Source: Tubulanus polymorphus (lineage: Eukaryota > Animalia > Nemertea). Taken from it: a stretch of 64,000 bases of DNA. A model generated the notes under the pieces. The model saw nothing but the letters and a program-made list of their open reading frames with translations, was not told the origin of the DNA and did no database searches. The stretch covers positions 15,177,807 through 15,241,806 of the forward strand of contig NC_134031.1 in the NCBI RefSeq assembly GCF_964204645.1. The letters are read 5' to 3'. The position numbers and the translations under genes are program-made. Numbering within the stretch: position 1 is the stretch's first letter; every line of letters begins with the position of its first letter. Positions 62,392 through 64,000 of the stretch are shown piece by piece.

Positions 62392-63626
62392 TTGCTACTA
62401 CCTGCAGCTGCAGCGAGAAGGAAGCTGAGGAGAGCTAGAGAGAGGAGAGGGGTGCAGCAATCTTACTCTCCACACATACTCCATCTATACTCATACAAAT
62501 AAACTAAACCGCCAAAATCCTAGTATCATTTAAGAACCCGGTTCGAGTCAGCCTAGGCGAACTTCGGTTTTCGTAACTAGTCGACTAGTGATTGCTACTA
62601 ATAAACCAAATGCGCTATAGTTTGGTGGCACAGTATTTCACAGTGTCAGCCATCTTGGATATGGGTCGGAACTACAGCGACCATTTCCGGACCATAGTTC
62701 CGACCAATTAACATTTGGTTTCATTTAGTTCGACTATAGTCGACTAACTCAGATAACCAAAGTTTGCCCTATATGATGGATGACTATGTATGCTGAGAGT
62801 AAGAACACCATCTATTGTTTAGAAATAGAGAAATGAGATTGAGAACTGATTTCTACCTGTTCATAATTCCTTCTAAATGAACGTCTAAAAGACTTGCGAA
62901 ACATCTGTATAAAACACGGTAAAAGATTAGTAAAAGAGAGAGTGACCTGTGGCAGTGGAGGATGTACTGTACGGTGTGACACCTAGGGGGCGCTAGTGTG
63001 TATAACGGAAAGAGAGAGTTCATATTAGTAACGGCTGGTGATCAGATAAACAGCGAGAGAAAGATATCGTCTTATCTTTTCATTGATAAAATTACCATCG
63101 GTACCCGAGCTAAAACACAATTATCAACATCGAGACAAGAAAAACAAACATTTATTACATAAAACTTTGAATATTCAAGATTTATGAAAATAGGACACGA
63201 TTTCTGATTTATCGAATTGATTGTTCGGGGGAGGGAGGGCATGCATGCTCCAATGAATGGAAATTTGTTCGGGGAAGGGGGGGCGATCATGCATCTACAT
63301 GTGTGTAGTCTAGTAAGAAAGAGATTCATGAAAAAAGGGAAAATAGAAAAACATTTGAAACATTAGAAAAACAATTTACAAGAGATAAAAGAGATAAAAA
63401 AACATTCACATCATCAATAACAGCTGAAACAGAAAAATTTCGGTGCAGATTTAAAATTCATTTGTGCATTTTATTTTGAGAAAATTCGAGGAAATTAAAG
63501 ATTTCCGTTTTCAGGAAAATATCTTTGCGAAACGTATAGAAATGAAGTAGAGAAACATGCACAGTAACGATAACGTATAATACTTACAGAAGACTGGCGT
63601 CGGAAACCTCCTTTTTTATCACAATT
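59567..63626 (-). CDS. KCNT: Slo2/Slack sodium-activated potassium channel (KCNT1/2 family), 3' end only. Firm exons 61073-61160, 60901-60985, 59567-59759; candidate small exons upstream
   Basis: Spliced in phase: NINMNMERQEISQMVRCRMQSLGLPQEDYEDVSDKRNTISYVIINPSYDLKLELDDTIYLIQPSSLSPQASP...stop, resembling KCNT1 'ERQELSELVKNRMKHLGLP...YEDV...[26 protein letters not shown]'. Not shown in the ORF track because the exons are short. Confidence 0.85.
60167..60330. mobile_element. MITE with GGGCCAAATTCGG...CCGAAGTTGGCCC termini; relatives at 62555-62770 and 41675-42117
   Basis: Inverted termini; shared GTCGGAACTAAT/TAGTTCCGAC internal repeats. Confidence 0.8.
61322..61625. repeat. 22-bp minisatellite CTCGAGTATGGCGAGTTGGGTA
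   Basis: Direct; KCNT intron. Confidence 0.93.
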
Positions 63627-64000
63627 CTAAAAATAATACGGAATCGAAAAACAAACGGAGAAATAAAGCGCAGAACAACTACCAACAAAATTGAATTAAA
63701 AATCATCAAAACCAGTTTATACATAAAAACAAACGCTACGAAACTATGTGTGATGATTTAATGAACCCAGGTGATTCAGAGGCGGTGTAAATCCCAAGCA
63801 GTTTCATGTCCCTAGCTTTTTATCGGCTGGACTGTGTGTAAGCCTATAGCGAAGCGAACCGACAGTAAATGAGGATCAGAGCCACCTAGTGGAGGTTCTA
63901 CGCACTACTTAATACGCACTAGCTCGGATTGTAGCTAATACATCAGAGCCTCCTAGTGGCAATTCTGAGCACTACAGCATTGCCCGCTTTAGACGAGTAG

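Noticed and set aside
62314-62502. Poly-Ser ORF; also poly-Ala/Cys ORF at 40851-41090 and poly-Tyr at 22236
   Set aside because: Microsatellite translations within introns.

Overview
This is AT-rich, intron-dense eukaryotic DNA from an invertebrate metazoan (lophotrochozoan-like by inference), not prokaryotic. Reading GT-AG junctions gives seven spliced genes: (1) 3' end of a CCDC63/CCDC114 (ODAD1) outer-dynein-arm docking gene (+); (2) LEKR1 (-); (3) TTC16 (+), head-to-head with LEKR1; (4) complete PIK3CA/p110-alpha (+); (5) an uncharacterised ~344-aa protein (+); (6) complete STXBP1/Munc18-1 (-); (7) 3' end of a KCNT/Slo2 potassium channel (-). The most notable item is gene 5. It carries a near-perfect YAP/FAM181-type TEAD-binding Omega-loop (VPMRLRALPQSFWQQP) and a downstream strand+LxxLF helix but no WW domain, so it is a candidate new TEAD/Scalloped cofactor. 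At 51.4-53.5 kb lies a frameshifted Polinton/Maverick relic (packaging ATPase tail plus pPolB with a Vsr-like nuclease motif) that the ORF track almost misses. Introns are full of MITEs (including five TTAA/piggyBac-type copies, some nested), tRNA-box repeats and minisatellites. Several minisatellites are tandem copies of the gene's own splice junctions or of MITE termini. Exon coordinates were read by eye and may be off by a few bases; family calls rest on recalled motifs, not database searches.
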